Positions 1 to 9,240 are shown, numbered from the stretch's first letter. The stretch is DNA of 64,000 nucleotides from Patescibacteria group bacterium (GCA_018814875.1 JAHIYH010000041.1:13958-77957); one strand, 5' to 3'. Notes: a model not told the origin generated them from the sequence alone. Numbers and translations are program-made.

Positions 1-45
1 TTTTCTTGTAAACTCTGCACAACACTTCTTTTCACTCAGTGTAAA

Positions 46-156
46 ATGTCTCTTCCAAAAGCTTATGACCCCAAAGGCACAGAAGACCCGACTTCGCTCC
101 TCGCTTCTATCGGAGCTTCGCCGGGCAGGCCGCATCTACAAACTTTTCCAGACTAA
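46..156 (+). pseudogene. Diverged duplicate of the valS 5' end fused to a REP-like insert; a 36-codon upstream ORF whose TAA overlaps the valS ATG (TAATG)
   Basis: ATG at 46 encodes MSLPKAYDPKGTED, paralleling the valS N-terminus MLPKTYDPQATED at 156. Differences are mostly at third codon positions. A REP-like segment (89-133) follows, and the stop at 154-156 overlaps the ATG at 156-158. Confidence 0.4.
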
Positions 157-2843
157 TGCTTCCTAAAACTTATGATCCACAGGCTACAGAAGACCGTATA
201 TATTCTATGTGGGAGGAATCTGGTGCTTTTAAGGCAGATGCAAGCAGTGATAAAGAACCTTTTACGGTCAGCATGCCGCCACCTAATGCTACAGGGCAGC
301 TACACTTGGGACACGCGGTAATGCTTGCGCTGGAAGATATCTTCACTAGGTTTGCACGTGCACAGGGCAAGGAGGCTCTGTGGTTACCCGGAACTGACCA
401 TGCTGCGATTGCAACGGAGAGTGTGGTGATCAAGAAGATTCAAAAAGAGGAGGGGATTCCTGATCCGCGAGCTTCGCTTGGGCGTGAAGAACTCATAAAG
501 CGCATTGCACACTTTGTATCCGAAAGTCAGGACACTATCAGATCTCAGGTGCGGAAGATGGGATCAAGTTGCGATTGGTCACGTGAGAAGTACACATTAG
601 ATCCATCACTCAATCGATGTGTTAACGAAGTCTTCACCAAGATGTATAAGGATGGGCTCATCTATAGAGGACACAGGATTGTTAACTGGGATCCAAAGAT
701 GCAGACCACAGTTTCTGATGATGAGATTGAGTACGTTGAAGAGAAGGCATCTTTCTATACTTTCCAGTATGGTCCTTTCCAGATTGTAACTTCACGTCCA
801 GAGACTAAGTTTGGTGATAAGTACGTAGTGATGCATCCGGATGATCCGCGATATGAGAAATATGAGAATGGTGATCAGTTTGAGTGCGAGTGGATCAATG
901 GAAAAATCACGGCAACAATCATTAAAGACAAAGTGATCGATATGGAATTTGGGACCGGTTGTATGACCATTACTCCATGGCACGATCATGTAGACTTTGA
1001 TCTGGCAGAACGACACGAATTAGATAAAGAACAGATCATCGACTTTGAAGGGAAGCTACTCCCTATTGCAAATGAGTTCGCAGGAATGCCTATAGAAGAA
1101 GCGCGTACAAAGATTGTGGAGAAGCTTGATAAGAAGGGATTGCTTGTAAGTGTTGATGAGAATTACGTGCACAGAGTTGCAGTTAGTTACCGTGGAAAAG
1201 GGAAAGTGGAGCCGCAAATTAAGGAGCAGTGGTTCATAGATGTGAATAAGCCTGTGATCGAATGGAAAAAGAAGAACATGAGTTTGAAGGAGGTGATGCA
1301 GGATGTGATTCGCAGTGGCGATATCAAGATCATTCCTGATCGATTCGAGAAAGTTTACTTCCATTGGATCGATAACTTGCGTGATTGGTGCGTGTCACGT
1401 CAAATTTGGTGGGGGCATCGTATTCCTGTATGGCACAAAGAAGATAAAGACAGCAAAGAGATGCATGTAGGAGTTCAAGCACCAGAAGGTAAGGGGTGGG
1501 AACAAGATCCAGACACGTTAGATACATGGTTTAGCTCCGGTCTTTGGACGTGGAGTACATTAATCGACCCTGCTCTTGCTGATGATCACTCGTTATCGCT
1601 ACAAGATCTTTTAGATAAGAGCCACGACTTCCAGAAGTTCCATCCAACATCGGTTATGGAAACAGGTTACGACATCCTTTTCTTCTGGGTAGCGCGAATG
1701 ATTTTGATGACGACGTATGCAACAGGTAAAATCCCATTCGAAACAGTATATTTGCACGGTTTGATTCGTACACGTGATGGGGCCAAGATGAGCAAGTCAG
1801 ATCCGGAGACTATGATCGATCCGCTGGATATTATTGAGAAGTATGGGGCAGATGCGTTGCGACTTTCTATGATTGTTGGTCAAAGCCCCGGGAATGATTC
1901 ACGACTCTTTGAAGAAAAGATCGCTGGGTACAGAAACTTTGTAAATAAATTATGGAATGCCTCTCGTTTTGTACTTATGACTTGTGAGAAAGAGGGGATT
2001 AATCCTCATGAGGTCGAAGGTCGAAAAGTCGAAAAGTCGAAAAGTCTTTCGTTGGCTGATAAAGCGTTTCTATCCGAACTACAATTTTTAATACAAGATG
2101 TTACAACTGGCTTAGAACAGTATCGTCTAAGCGAGGTAGGGGAACTAATTTATAGTTTTGTTTGGGGCAATTTCTGCGATTGGTATTTGGAGCTGAGTAA
2201 AGGTCAAGCAAATTGTGATGTACTAGTGCATGTACTTAGAACGATTTTACAGTTATTACATCCTTATTGTCCGTTTATTACCGAGGAGTTGTGGGCAAGC
2301 GTTAAGCCAGATGACTGTAATATATTGATGAAGCAATTGTATCCAAAGGCGAATAAAAAATTAATGGATCATGATGCTTATGATAATTTCCAGAAAATCA
2401 TTGGGGTGATCACTGCAATTCGCAGTATTCGAGCAGATCACGGATTAGATCAGGGCAAGAAGCTTGAGGTGATTGTTCATACAAAAGAGCACAGTGATGT
2501 GTTGGAATCGCAACGCGATCAAATCATGCGCTTGGGGCGTTTGAGTGAGTTAACGATTGATGTGAAGCCACAAACTCATGAGCATGTAGCAAGTATGTTC
2601 CTTAGAGGTATAGAAGTTCATATACCTTTGGAGGGTGTGATCGATTTTGAAAAAGAAAAAGCAAAGCTCACAAAGGAAAAGGAGAATTTGGAGAAGTTTC
2701 TCAAAGGAATTCAGAGCAAGTTAGGTAACAAGAAGTTTGTGAGCAGCGCACCGGAGGAGGTGGTGACTCTGGAGCGTGAGAAACTGGAAAATGCGCAGGA
2801 AAAAATCAAGAAACTCGAAGAGAGATTAAAGGTGTTGGAATAA
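156..2843 (+). CDS. valS: Valyl-tRNA synthetase
   Basis: 895-aa ORF with the class I HIGH-type motif (QLHLGHA), KMSKS, the WCVSRQ editing/CP1 region and a C-terminal coiled coil typical of ValRS. Confidence 0.97.
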   Translation: MLPKTYDPQATEDRIYSMWEESGAFKADASSDKEPFTVSMPPPNATGQLHLGHAVMLALEDIFTRFARAQGKEALWLPGTDHAAIATESVVIKKIQKEEGIPDPRASLGREELIKRIAHFVSESQDTIRSQVRKMGSSCDWSREKYTLDPSLNRCVNEVFTKMYKDGLIYRGHRIVNWDPKMQTTVSDDEIEYVEEKASFYTFQYGPFQIVTSRPETKFGDKYVVMHPDDPRYEKYENGDQFECEWINGKITATIIKDKVIDMEFGTGCMTITPWHDHVDFDLAERHELDKEQIIDFEGKLLPIANEFAGMPIEEARTKIVEKLDKKGLLVSVDENYVHRVAVSYRGKGKVEPQIKEQWFIDVNKPVIEWKKKNMSLKEVMQDVIRSGDIKIIPDRFEKVYFHWIDNLRDWCVSRQIWWGHRIPVWHKEDKDSKEMHVGVQAPEGKGWEQDPDTLDTWFSSGLWTWSTLIDPALADDHSLSLQDLLDKSHDFQKFHPTSVMETGYDILFFWVARMILMTTYATGKIPFETVYLHGLIRTRDGAKMSKSDPETMIDPLDIIEKYGADALRLSMIVGQSPGNDSRLFEEKIAGYRNFVNKLWNASRFVLMTCEKEGINPHEVEGRKVEKSKSLSLADKAFLSELQFLIQDVTTGLEQYRLSEVGELIYSFVWGNFCDWYLELSKGQANCDVLVHVLRTILQLLHPYCPFITEELWASVKPDDCNILMKQLYPKANKKLMDHDAYDNFQKIIGVITAIRSIRADHGLDQGKKLEVIVHTKEHSDVLESQRDQIMRLGRLSELTIDVKPQTHEHVASMFLRGIEVHIPLEGVIDFEKEKAKLTKEKENLEKFLKGIQSKLGNKKFVSSAPEEVVTLEREKLENAQEKIKKLEERLKVLE

Positions 2844-3004
2844 CAGTTCGTGTGGAAATACATTTTGAATTATTCCTGTCATTTTCCCATTTTCGTGGAT
2901 TATTAATGATGTATTCGCGAATGTTATACAGGGATTTTTCGTTTTGGATAATATGGTCAATCATGTGTTCGTATTTAGTATTTCGTATTTAGTATTTAGG
3001 GAAA

Positions 3005-3397
3005 TCACTTGGCAGTTGTGGCAGTTTTTAGTAAACCGTTTAACATTTTTCCGATGCACACTGTTTGTTCGGCAATTTCGGTGAAATATTTTGGTTGCAA
3101 GTATCCAATATCACGTGCCACAAGTAATTGATTTTGAATCTCTGTTAAGGAACCAAGAGCTATCCTATAAAACTGACATTTTTCTTTACTAGATCGCCTG
3201 TTGAATCCTTCGGCGATATTGGAGGTTACAGATACTGCAGCGCGTCTTAGTTGGTTGGTTAATCCGTATGTTTCTTCCTTTGGAAAAGATGTGGTGATTT
3301 TATAGACAGATAGAACGAGCTGATGTCCTTCTTTCCAGGTTCTCAAATCCGTAAAAGATCTTATCTTAGAACTTGTTACAACATTTTTATTTTTCAT
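3005..3397 (-). CDS. Four-helix-bundle protein (23S rRNA intervening-sequence protein / Avd-like family)
   Basis: 130 aa. Contains the family signature F.DL.W...H.L...YK.T..FPKEE.YGLT.QLRRAA.S...NIAEG. Flanked by inverted word repeats at 2968-2999 and 3397-3417. Confidence 0.85.
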   Translation of the reverse strand: MKNKNVVTSSKIRSFTDLRTWKEGHQLVLSVYKITTSFPKEETYGLTNQLRRAAVSVTSNIAEGFNRRSSKEKCQFYRIALGSLTEIQNQLLVARDIGYLQPKYFTEIAEQTVCIGKMLNGLLKTATTAK

Positions 3398-3416
3398 ACG
3401 GAATACGAAATACGAA

Positions 3417-4031
3417 TTAATATTTCCTAATCACCCCTCTTACAACACCAGCAATCTGCAATTCTTCTACTGCGTACATATCAGGGTATTCAGGGTTCTC
3501 TGCTTGTAGATAGTATTTTCCTTTGTTCTTCTTTAGACGTTTTAATGTGAATTCTCCGTCCAATACACCAATGACAATATCATTTATTTTTGGTTCCTGA
3601 CCCTTCTCTGCTACCACCAGATCTCCTTCGTGAATTCCAGCTTCTATCATGCTGTCGCCTTTTACACGTAGAAGGAAAGTGGAATCTTTATCCCCGACGA
3701 TGTAGTTATCAAGTGTTAACATTTCCTCTGCTTGTTCCTCAGCTGTTGCAGCGACTCCTGCGGAGATTGGTCCAAACAATGGGAGCACCATAGGTTCTGG
3801 ACGGTCATCAGCTGGGATAAGATCGATAATCTTAATACGACCTTTTGGATCCTTTTCGATTTGCCCTTCGCGTGCGAGTGCATTCACTACTTTCGCAACG
3901 GCGTTTTTAGATCGGACGCCAAAGGCGAGTGCCAGATCGGATAAAGAAGGCGAGTAACCGCGCTTGGTTTGAAACTCACGGATATAATTAAGAACAGTGC
4001 GTTGATGTGGAGTTAGGGTTGAAGTTGGCAT
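3417..4031 (-). CDS. lexA: LexA repressor
   Basis: 204 aa with an N-terminal winged-helix domain and a C-terminal S24 peptidase domain (GDSM ... K). The Ala-Gly cleavage-type region SAGVAA is present. Confidence 0.93.
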   Translation of the reverse strand: MPTSTLTPHQRTVLNYIREFQTKRGYSPSLSDLALAFGVRSKNAVAKVVNALAREGQIEKDPKGRIKIIDLIPADDRPEPMVLPLFGPISAGVAATAEEQAEEMLTLDNYIVGDKDSTFLLRVKGDSMIEAGIHEGDLVVAEKGQEPKINDIVIGVLDGEFTLKRLKKNKGKYYLQAENPEYPDMYAVEELQIAGVVRGVIRKY

Positions 4032-4096
4032 GGCATGAATTGGGGAAGGACACGCCTACATCCTGTGTGTAAAATTTCGGTGGGCAGGCGTCCACC

Positions 4097-4125
4097 ATAA
4101 TAGGTGTACGATCGTGCACAGTCAA
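4097..4125 (-). promoter_or_regulatory. lexA promoter with a candidate LexA operator in the spacer
   Basis: Read on the minus strand: TTGACT (4125-4120), a 17-nt spacer, then TATTAT (4102-4097). The spacer holds the 16-bp imperfect palindrome GTGCACGATCGTACAC (4119-4104). Confidence 0.6.
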
Positions 4126-4192
4126 TAGAGGTTGGGGAAGACAATCACCTCCGTTCATTGCCACGTATACAAGTGGTTAGTGTAGAGAGGAA

Positions 4193-4375
4193 TGTAAGGA
4201 AGGTCAGAAGGTCGAAAAGTCGAAAGGTCAGAAGGTTGAAAAGTCGAAAGGTCAGAAGGTCGAAAGGTCGAAAGGTAAGAAGGTCGAAAGGTCGAAAGGT
4301 CAGAAGGTCGAAAAGTCGAAAGGTCAGAAGGTCGAAAGGTCGAAAGGTCAAATGTTAACTGTCAAATGTTAACTG
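4193..4375. repeat. Tandem 8-nt word repeat (GTCGAAAG/GTCAGAAG), followed by 2x GTCAAATGTTAACT
   Basis: The periodic sequence is directly visible. The two ORF-track entries here are translations of the repeat. Confidence 0.9.
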
Positions 4376-4405
4376 CCTGCCGGCCGTAGCCTTGGCGAAG
4401 GCTGG

Positions 4406-5338
4406 TTAGCTGTTGGCCGTCATCTCAATAACATCCAATTCCTTCAATTTACCAAGTTCCAGATAAGTTAGTGTCCACACTGTTTGTTTGAACACGGCAA
4501 GATAAGCGAAGAAGTAGCTGGCAACTCCAACAAGTGCGAGACCCAGAACAGTAGCGATGGAGTAGCCAACTATTGGTGGCATTACCAATGCTAATAGGAA
4601 TCCGATACCTATTACGATACCTGGAATAAGGAGAACCATCACAACATTCAGAACAACTCTGAGTACTATTACAAAGAAGAGTAGAAGTAGAAATACGATC
4701 TGACCCAAGTAACTGATTACCATTTTTAAACTCTGTTTAAGGGCTCGTCCGACACCGATTCGATTGTTGTCTTCATCTCTGCAGATGACTACCGCTTCTT
4801 CGGCAAAGATGCAGAAGAACTGGAAGATGTTGGATAATATATAGAAGATTACGAGGATGCCTATAGCAAATGGTGCTACTCCTCCTCCATATCGCAGTAG
4901 AATAGATGAGATGGTTATGATTACGGTTATTCTACCCAAGAAGAACATTTCATGAATCGCAAAGATTGGGAAGAAATTGTAAACAGCAAGAACCAGACCT
5001 CCTTTTACTTCTTCTCCCTTATATGATTTGGCGGCCAGACCAATGATCGCACCGCGAGAGAGGTTAGGCAAAAGCCATTCAATAATAAGCAGGATTATGA
5101 GTGTAATAATAAACGTCAAAAATAACCAGAATGGTACATGTTCCATTAATGTTGCTTCTACAGTAAAGAAACCAATGGGATCTCCCTTCCAATATGAAAT
5201 AGCAAACCACACCTGATAGATTAGAAGTTTGATATTAAGAAGCGTTTCGGCAATAGCAGCAGCATATCCCCATCGCCTAATCGGACGCTCCTTTTTTGTA
5301 ATGGCCCAAGCCTTGGCTATGATTTCGCGAGGTGTCAT
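4406..5338 (-). CDS. Polytopic membrane protein of unknown function
   Basis: 310-aa ORF with several long hydrophobic segments. I recognise no family motif. Confidence 0.7.
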   Translation of the reverse strand: MTPREIIAKAWAITKKERPIRRWGYAAAIAETLLNIKLLIYQVWFAISYWKGDPIGFFTVEATLMEHVPFWLFLTFIITLIILLIIEWLLPNLSRGAIIGLAAKSYKGEEVKGGLVLAVYNFFPIFAIHEMFFLGRITVIITISSILLRYGGGVAPFAIGILVIFYILSNIFQFFCIFAEEAVVICRDEDNNRIGVGRALKQSLKMVISYLGQIVFLLLLFFVIVLRVVLNVVMVLLIPGIVIGIGFLLALVMPPIVGYSIATVLGLALVGVASYFFAYLAVFKQTVWTLTYLELGKLKELDVIEMTANS

Positions 5339-6882
5339 TATTTTTCAGTGGAGATGAGAGATTGCAGCGGACTGTAAGAGTAATTCTTTCCAAGTACAAT
5401 TGTGACATCGCGTACTTCTTCTGGTGGGAGTTGTGATGGCATCGAAAGAGTTTTGCTCTTTAATAGAGATGAGAAGAATGGACCGAGATCATCTTCTCCT
5501 TCAGATTCCTTTGTAGGTGTTGCTACAAAAGATTCTTCCTGTTTTTCGAGTGAAGCATTAGCAATAACTTCAACGTTGAATCCATAGCGTGTTAGTTCGG
5601 TTGCCAGTTTGCGTGCGATGCCAGAAGCAGCACCTGCATTGAGTATAGAAATCGAAGGATTCTGGAGATGAATAGATCGATTGTTGAAGAGTAGCTGCTT
5701 GAGAGTAGTGATTTGCTTCCAAGTGACTGGAAATTCTGGAATCGAAACCGGAAGTAACACGGATGCACCTTCAAACAGATCACGCGGAGGTGTGTAAAGG
5801 AATCCTCCCGGTTCAATGAAACTATCATAGAGCGCATTGCGATCACTCAATTGCATTGTGATTACGTTTCCTTTATCTATATCTTTAAGAAGATTCAAAA
5901 GACCAATCATGTCACTGGTTGAAAGAGTTGATTCAACATTGTCATTGTATATCTTTAGGAAATTGAGAAGTGTGCCCGGTTTTTTGATGAGCCCTTCTTC
6001 TTTAGCTTTTTGTGCTAGTGCACGAATCAGCTGTTGCTGACGTGCTGAACGACCAAAGTCACTAGTTGTGTGTCGGCTGCGAGCGTATTTGAGGGCGGTT
6101 GCACCATCTAAGTGATTGAGACCTTTGTAAATTTCAAACGGATCGAATCCAAAGTTGCTGTCTGGGTATTCTGGATCATTGATGTCGTATGGCACTTCTA
6201 TATCTACACCACCAAGTGCATCAACAGCTTCCGTAAAGGCAACAAAGTCCACCTTAATCACGCCATGGATCTGCAGATCCATATGTCGTCCTATTTCATC
6301 ACCAAGTTCCTTGAGTGCTTCTTTTGCAGCAAAAGAGTCATCCATATCTTTCATGTACTTAAGGTATCCTTTGTAATCACGGTAAAAGGTATTCAGTTTT
6401 CCTTTCCCCATCTTTTCCGTGTGAAGCAGATACAAATCTCGTGGGAAGGATAGAAGAACTACGCTATTAGAATTTTTTGCATCGATGCTCGCCACCATGA
6501 GTGTATCCGTCAGATCTTTTCCGTCATGATCGCCGTCACCTTGTCCCATTAATAGTATGTTGGTGAATCCATTCTCGTCAGTAATAGGTGTGGATCCTGT
6601 AATAGATGCCAGTCTAGAGAAACTGATAATCTCTACAGAAAAGATTGCTTGTGCGAGTCCTGCGATTATCACAAATACGACAAATACAGAAACAAGTACG
6701 ATCAAGACGCGTTTGAGTATGCGGATACGCTCTTCTTGAAGTTTCTCCTGCTCTCGTCTTTTCTTCCAATCTTCATACCAATGCAGAAGAGGACGACTGA
6801 GCTCAGCTCCCCAGCCGATAATGGACTTAATAGGAAGAGATCGTTTTGGCTTGTCTTCCTCTATTTTGCGTACGGTAAACAT
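5338..6882 (-). CDS. LCP (LytR-CpsA-Psr) family protein with a C-terminal LytR_C-like domain
   Basis: N-terminal TM segment, an LCP core (LLMGQG.D...DLTDTLMVASID ... FPRDLY ... YARSRH..SDFGR..RQQ), and a C-terminal ISILNAGAASGIA-type domain. Confidence 0.88.
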   Translation of the reverse strand: MFTVRKIEEDKPKRSLPIKSIIGWGAELSRPLLHWYEDWKKRREQEKLQEERIRILKRVLIVLVSVFVVFVIIAGLAQAIFSVEIISFSRLASITGSTPITDENGFTNILLMGQGDGDHDGKDLTDTLMVASIDAKNSNSVVLLSFPRDLYLLHTEKMGKGKLNTFYRDYKGYLKYMKDMDDSFAAKEALKELGDEIGRHMDLQIHGVIKVDFVAFTEAVDALGGVDIEVPYDINDPEYPDSNFGFDPFEIYKGLNHLDGATALKYARSRHTTSDFGRSARQQQLIRALAQKAKEEGLIKKPGTLLNFLKIYNDNVESTLSTSDMIGLLNLLKDIDKGNVITMQLSDRNALYDSFIEPGGFLYTPPRDLFEGASVLLPVSIPEFPVTWKQITTLKQLLFNNRSIHLQNPSISILNAGAASGIARKLATELTRYGFNVEVIANASLEKQEESFVATPTKESEGEDDLGPFFSSLLKSKTLSMPSQLPPEEVRDVTIVLGKNYSYSPLQSLISTEK

Positions 6883-6918
6883 TGAAGACAGTCTACCAGA
6901 GAATTTTGATTTTAGAAC

Positions 6919-6982
6919 GATAATGGGGAGTTTACTTTTACGATAAATGTGGCTTGAGATTGTAAAAAAAGAGGTTTAGAGT
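6919..6982 (+). promoter_or_regulatory. Promoter/upstream module, copy 1 (TTGAGA-17-TAGAGT)
   Basis: A ~49-nt block, GATAATGGGGAGTTTACTTTTACGATAAATGTGGCTTGAGATTGTAAAA, is nearly identical to 7668-7716. -35 at 6954-6959 and -10 at 6977-6982. Confidence 0.55.
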
Positions 6983-7008
6983 TGGGGTGATTTCCCCCTC
7001 TTCTTATC

Positions 7009-7641
7009 ATGAGTACTATGATCGAAAGACTGGTAGCCTCAGGGCGTAACAATGAGTCACTTGCAGAAAATGTAGTAGATCTTATGTCAGAGTTGGTTCA
7101 TGGATCTGCAGTGCCTGTTATACAACAAAGTCGTGATGCAATTATTGAAGCGATAGAAGGTAAATGGGGAAGTCATCATCCTAATCGTCGAGGAGGGAAT
7201 ATCCCCTTAGAAGTTTTTCCTTACAACGAACGGTTTGGATTAGGTATGCAGATTGTTCGGTTGAAAGCATTTCATGCACATGCAGAGCATCCTTCAATTA
7301 ATATTGTAGCTCCTGGAATGGTATTTGCTCTGGAGGGGACGTGTGTTGCGGGTCTACAAACTCGTATAAGGAATCACGTTTCTGTTTTAAGTGAATCTGG
7401 TTTACATCTTGATAAGAGAGAGCAAGATGATCGATTTAATTCTCCTATTCCGCGTAATGCTGACAAAGGTGATGACTTTGATTTTATGATTGGTGATGAA
7501 GAAAGACATCTTGTTGAGACTGGAGTTGGGGTCAATTCTGATTTTATACAGAGCGATTTATTCACTGATATACCTCCGGATAGTGGTATATTTTTCAGAG
7601 AATATATTTTTAGTCGTGATGTTCGTGGGGGGGGGAGATAA
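7009..7641 (+). CDS. Hypothetical protein
   Basis: 210-aa ORF preceded by promoter module copy 1. No recognisable motif. Confidence 0.6.
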   Translation: MSTMIERLVASGRNNESLAENVVDLMSELVHGSAVPVIQQSRDAIIEAIEGKWGSHHPNRRGGNIPLEVFPYNERFGLGMQIVRLKAFHAHAEHPSINIVAPGMVFALEGTCVAGLQTRIRNHVSVLSESGLHLDKREQDDRFNSPIPRNADKGDDFDFMIGDEERHLVETGVGVNSDFIQSDLFTDIPPDSGIFFREYIFSRDVRGGGR

Positions 7642-7667
7642 TTAGAGCAGTGGAATCATTCCAAGAT

Positions 7668-7731
7668 GATAATGCGGAGTTTACTTTTGTGATAAATGTG
7701 GCTTGAGATTGTGAAAATACTGTATTACAGT
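7668..7731 (+). promoter_or_regulatory. Promoter/upstream module, copy 2 (TTGAGA-17-TACAGT)
   Basis: Near-identical copy of 6919-6967. -35 at 7703-7708 and -10 at 7726-7731. Confidence 0.55.
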
Positions 7732-7760
7732 ACGATACTTACTTTCCCCCCTAAATTATT

Positions 7761-7943
7761 ATGTGTCCAGAACAATTTGGTAACGTAATGGATCACACAC
7801 CGTCATCCGCAGATGAACGTAGAGAAGTGAATCAGCTAGGTGGTAACCCTGTTATTTCAACAATAGGTGCTGCTGTATGTGAAATACTAAGGCATCATGA
7901 GTTATTGGATGATGGTATTGAACCAGATCCCGAGCAGCAATAA
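7761..7943 (+). CDS. Small hypothetical protein (60 aa)
   Basis: The ORF starts about 30 nt after promoter module copy 2. Its 3' end overlaps the convergent gene 7902-8663 by 42 nt. Support comes only from the duplicated promoter. Confidence 0.35.
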   Translation: MCPEQFGNVMDHTPSSADERREVNQLGGNPVISTIGAAVCEILRHHELLDDGIEPDPEQQ

Positions 7944-8663
7944 TAATATCGGTTGATGCACAAGGTAGATCACAAGCGCGTGTTTCCCTGGGAAACTCAG
8001 AAATGTAAGTATGCGATTTGTTGGTTTGGGAATCCTTTTTGGTCGAATATAAAATAAGTCACCAAGCGCGAGGCCTGTCAGAACTATTCCGAACCAAGGA
8101 AGTAGGGGGTAGTAATCGAGAGTGGTGAAGTTGGGTGGAGGGATTCCAAACGGGAGGAAAAGTGAAGAGTGAAAAGTGAAAAGTGAAAAGTTACGAATGT
8201 TCATTCCAAGAATTATGATTAGGGCTGCTATTGCTATATTCCATTCTCTAAGTTTTCTGAAGAAGGGGAGTAGAATTACGCTTACGCCGATCATGTGAAG
8301 AATGCCGAAGCGGATGTATGTTTCTCTGTCCCAGAAATAGGTGACGATGGTTATGAGTAGACCGAATGCGAGGATTGTGAGGCCGCGTTTGAAGTATTTG
8401 TATCGGGTTCCCACCTTCGCTCTACGAGCTTCGGTGGGCAGGCGGGTTCGGGAATGGGTTCGGTCCCAAGAAATCACGAAGCTTATTCCAACGAGTAGTA
8501 GAAAAAGTGTTGCCGTACTAAGTGCAAGGAGCTTCCAGCCTCCTGCAAGTGGATCTAAATCGAAGTTATGGAAAAACGCGAGGTCGTATCCTATGTGATA
8601 AACAATCATCATGACTATGGCGAGAGTTCGCAGGAGGTCGATTTCGATGAAGCGGGATTTCAT
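7902..8663 (-). CDS. DUF1624 / heparan-alpha-glucosaminide N-acetyltransferase-like membrane protein
   Basis: The N-terminus R.IEIDLLR..AIV.MI.YH is typical of this acyltransferase-like family, and there are multiple TM segments. A GTGAAAA word repeat lies inside the CDS (8157-8192). Confidence 0.75.
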   Translation of the reverse strand: MKSRFIEIDLLRTLAIVMMIVYHIGYDLAFFHNFDLDPLAGGWKLLALSTATLFLLLVGISFVISWDRTHSRTRLPTEARRAKVGTRYKYFKRGLTILAFGLLITIVTYFWDRETYIRFGILHMIGVSVILLPFFRKLREWNIAIAALIIILGMNIRNFSLFTFHSSLFLPFGIPPPNFTTLDYYPLLPWFGIVLTGLALGDLFYIRPKRIPKPTNRILTFLSFPGKHALVIYLVHQPILLLLLGIWFNTIIQ

Positions 8664-8691
8664 ATCTGTTATGCTAGTGACATAAAGAGTT

Positions 8692-8814
8692 CAAGGAAAC
8701 CAAGGAAACAAAAGAAACCTAAGAATCCAAAGAAACCAAAGAAACCAAGGAAACCAAAGAAACCAAAGGGACGAGCCTCTTGGTTTCCTTGGATTCTTAG
8801 GTTTCTTTGGATTC
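8692..8814. repeat. Intergenic word palindrome (AAGGAAACC / GGTTTCCTT arms)
   Basis: The left arm of CAAGGAAAC/CAAAGAAAC repeats faces a right arm of the reverse-complement words. Confidence 0.85.
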
Positions 8815-9240
8815 CTATTTAAGAGTAACCGTCGCTCCTGCTGCTTCTAGCTTCTTCTTCATATCTTCGGCTTCTGCCTTTGGCACACCTTCTTTTATGA
8901 CCTTAGGAGCACCATCGACTGCTGCCTTGGATTCACCAAGTGCAAGACCGGTAATCTCGCGTACTGCCTTGATCACGGCAATCTTCTGACCACCTGCTGC
9001 CGTTAGCTCTACGTCGTAGTTGCTCTTTTCTGTTTCGCCACCCTCACCACCACCACCAGCAGCACCTGGTGCTGCGGCAACGGCTACGGGAGCTGATGCA
9101 GAAATGCCGTATTCCTGTTCCATAAATTTAACGACATTGTTTAGCTGGACAACATTGAGCTTTTCTAGAGCGTCGATTACAGCCTTCTCCTCTTTTACGA
9201 GGGAGACTTTTTCTTTTGTAGCGGTTGCTTCGTCGGACAT
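8815..9240 (-). CDS. rplL: 50S ribosomal protein L7/L12
   Basis: 141 aa with an Ala/Gly hinge and a conserved C-terminal domain (KI.VIK.VRE.TGL.L.E.K..V...P..IKEGV.K.EAE..KK.LE.AGA.V.LK). Confidence 0.96.
   Translation of the reverse strand: MSDEATATKEKVSLVKEEKAVIDALEKLNVVQLNNVVKFMEQEYGISASAPVAVAAAPGAAGGGGEGGETEKSNYDVELTAAGGQKIAVIKAVREITGLALGESKAAVDGAPKVIKEGVPKAEAEDMKKKLEAAGATVTLK

Noticed and set aside
3005-3397. A diversity-generating retroelement, considered because the four-helix-bundle family includes Avd.
   Set aside because: No reverse transcriptase gene is present, and no template/variable repeat pair with A-specific mismatches is visible near either copy.
4104-4358. 84-aa and 68-aa track ORFs with RKVRRSKS / FRPFDLLT periodic sequences. 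Similar ORFs occur at 8568-8822, 18902-19156 and 59863-60177.
   Set aside because: They are translations of tandem word repeats in several frames and on both strands. There is no independent coding signal.
4193-4375. Possible CRISPR arrays, considered here and at other tandem-repeat loci including 23528-23725.
   Set aside because: The repeats are contiguous words, or 37-bp units, with no unique spacers of constant length. No cas genes are in the window.
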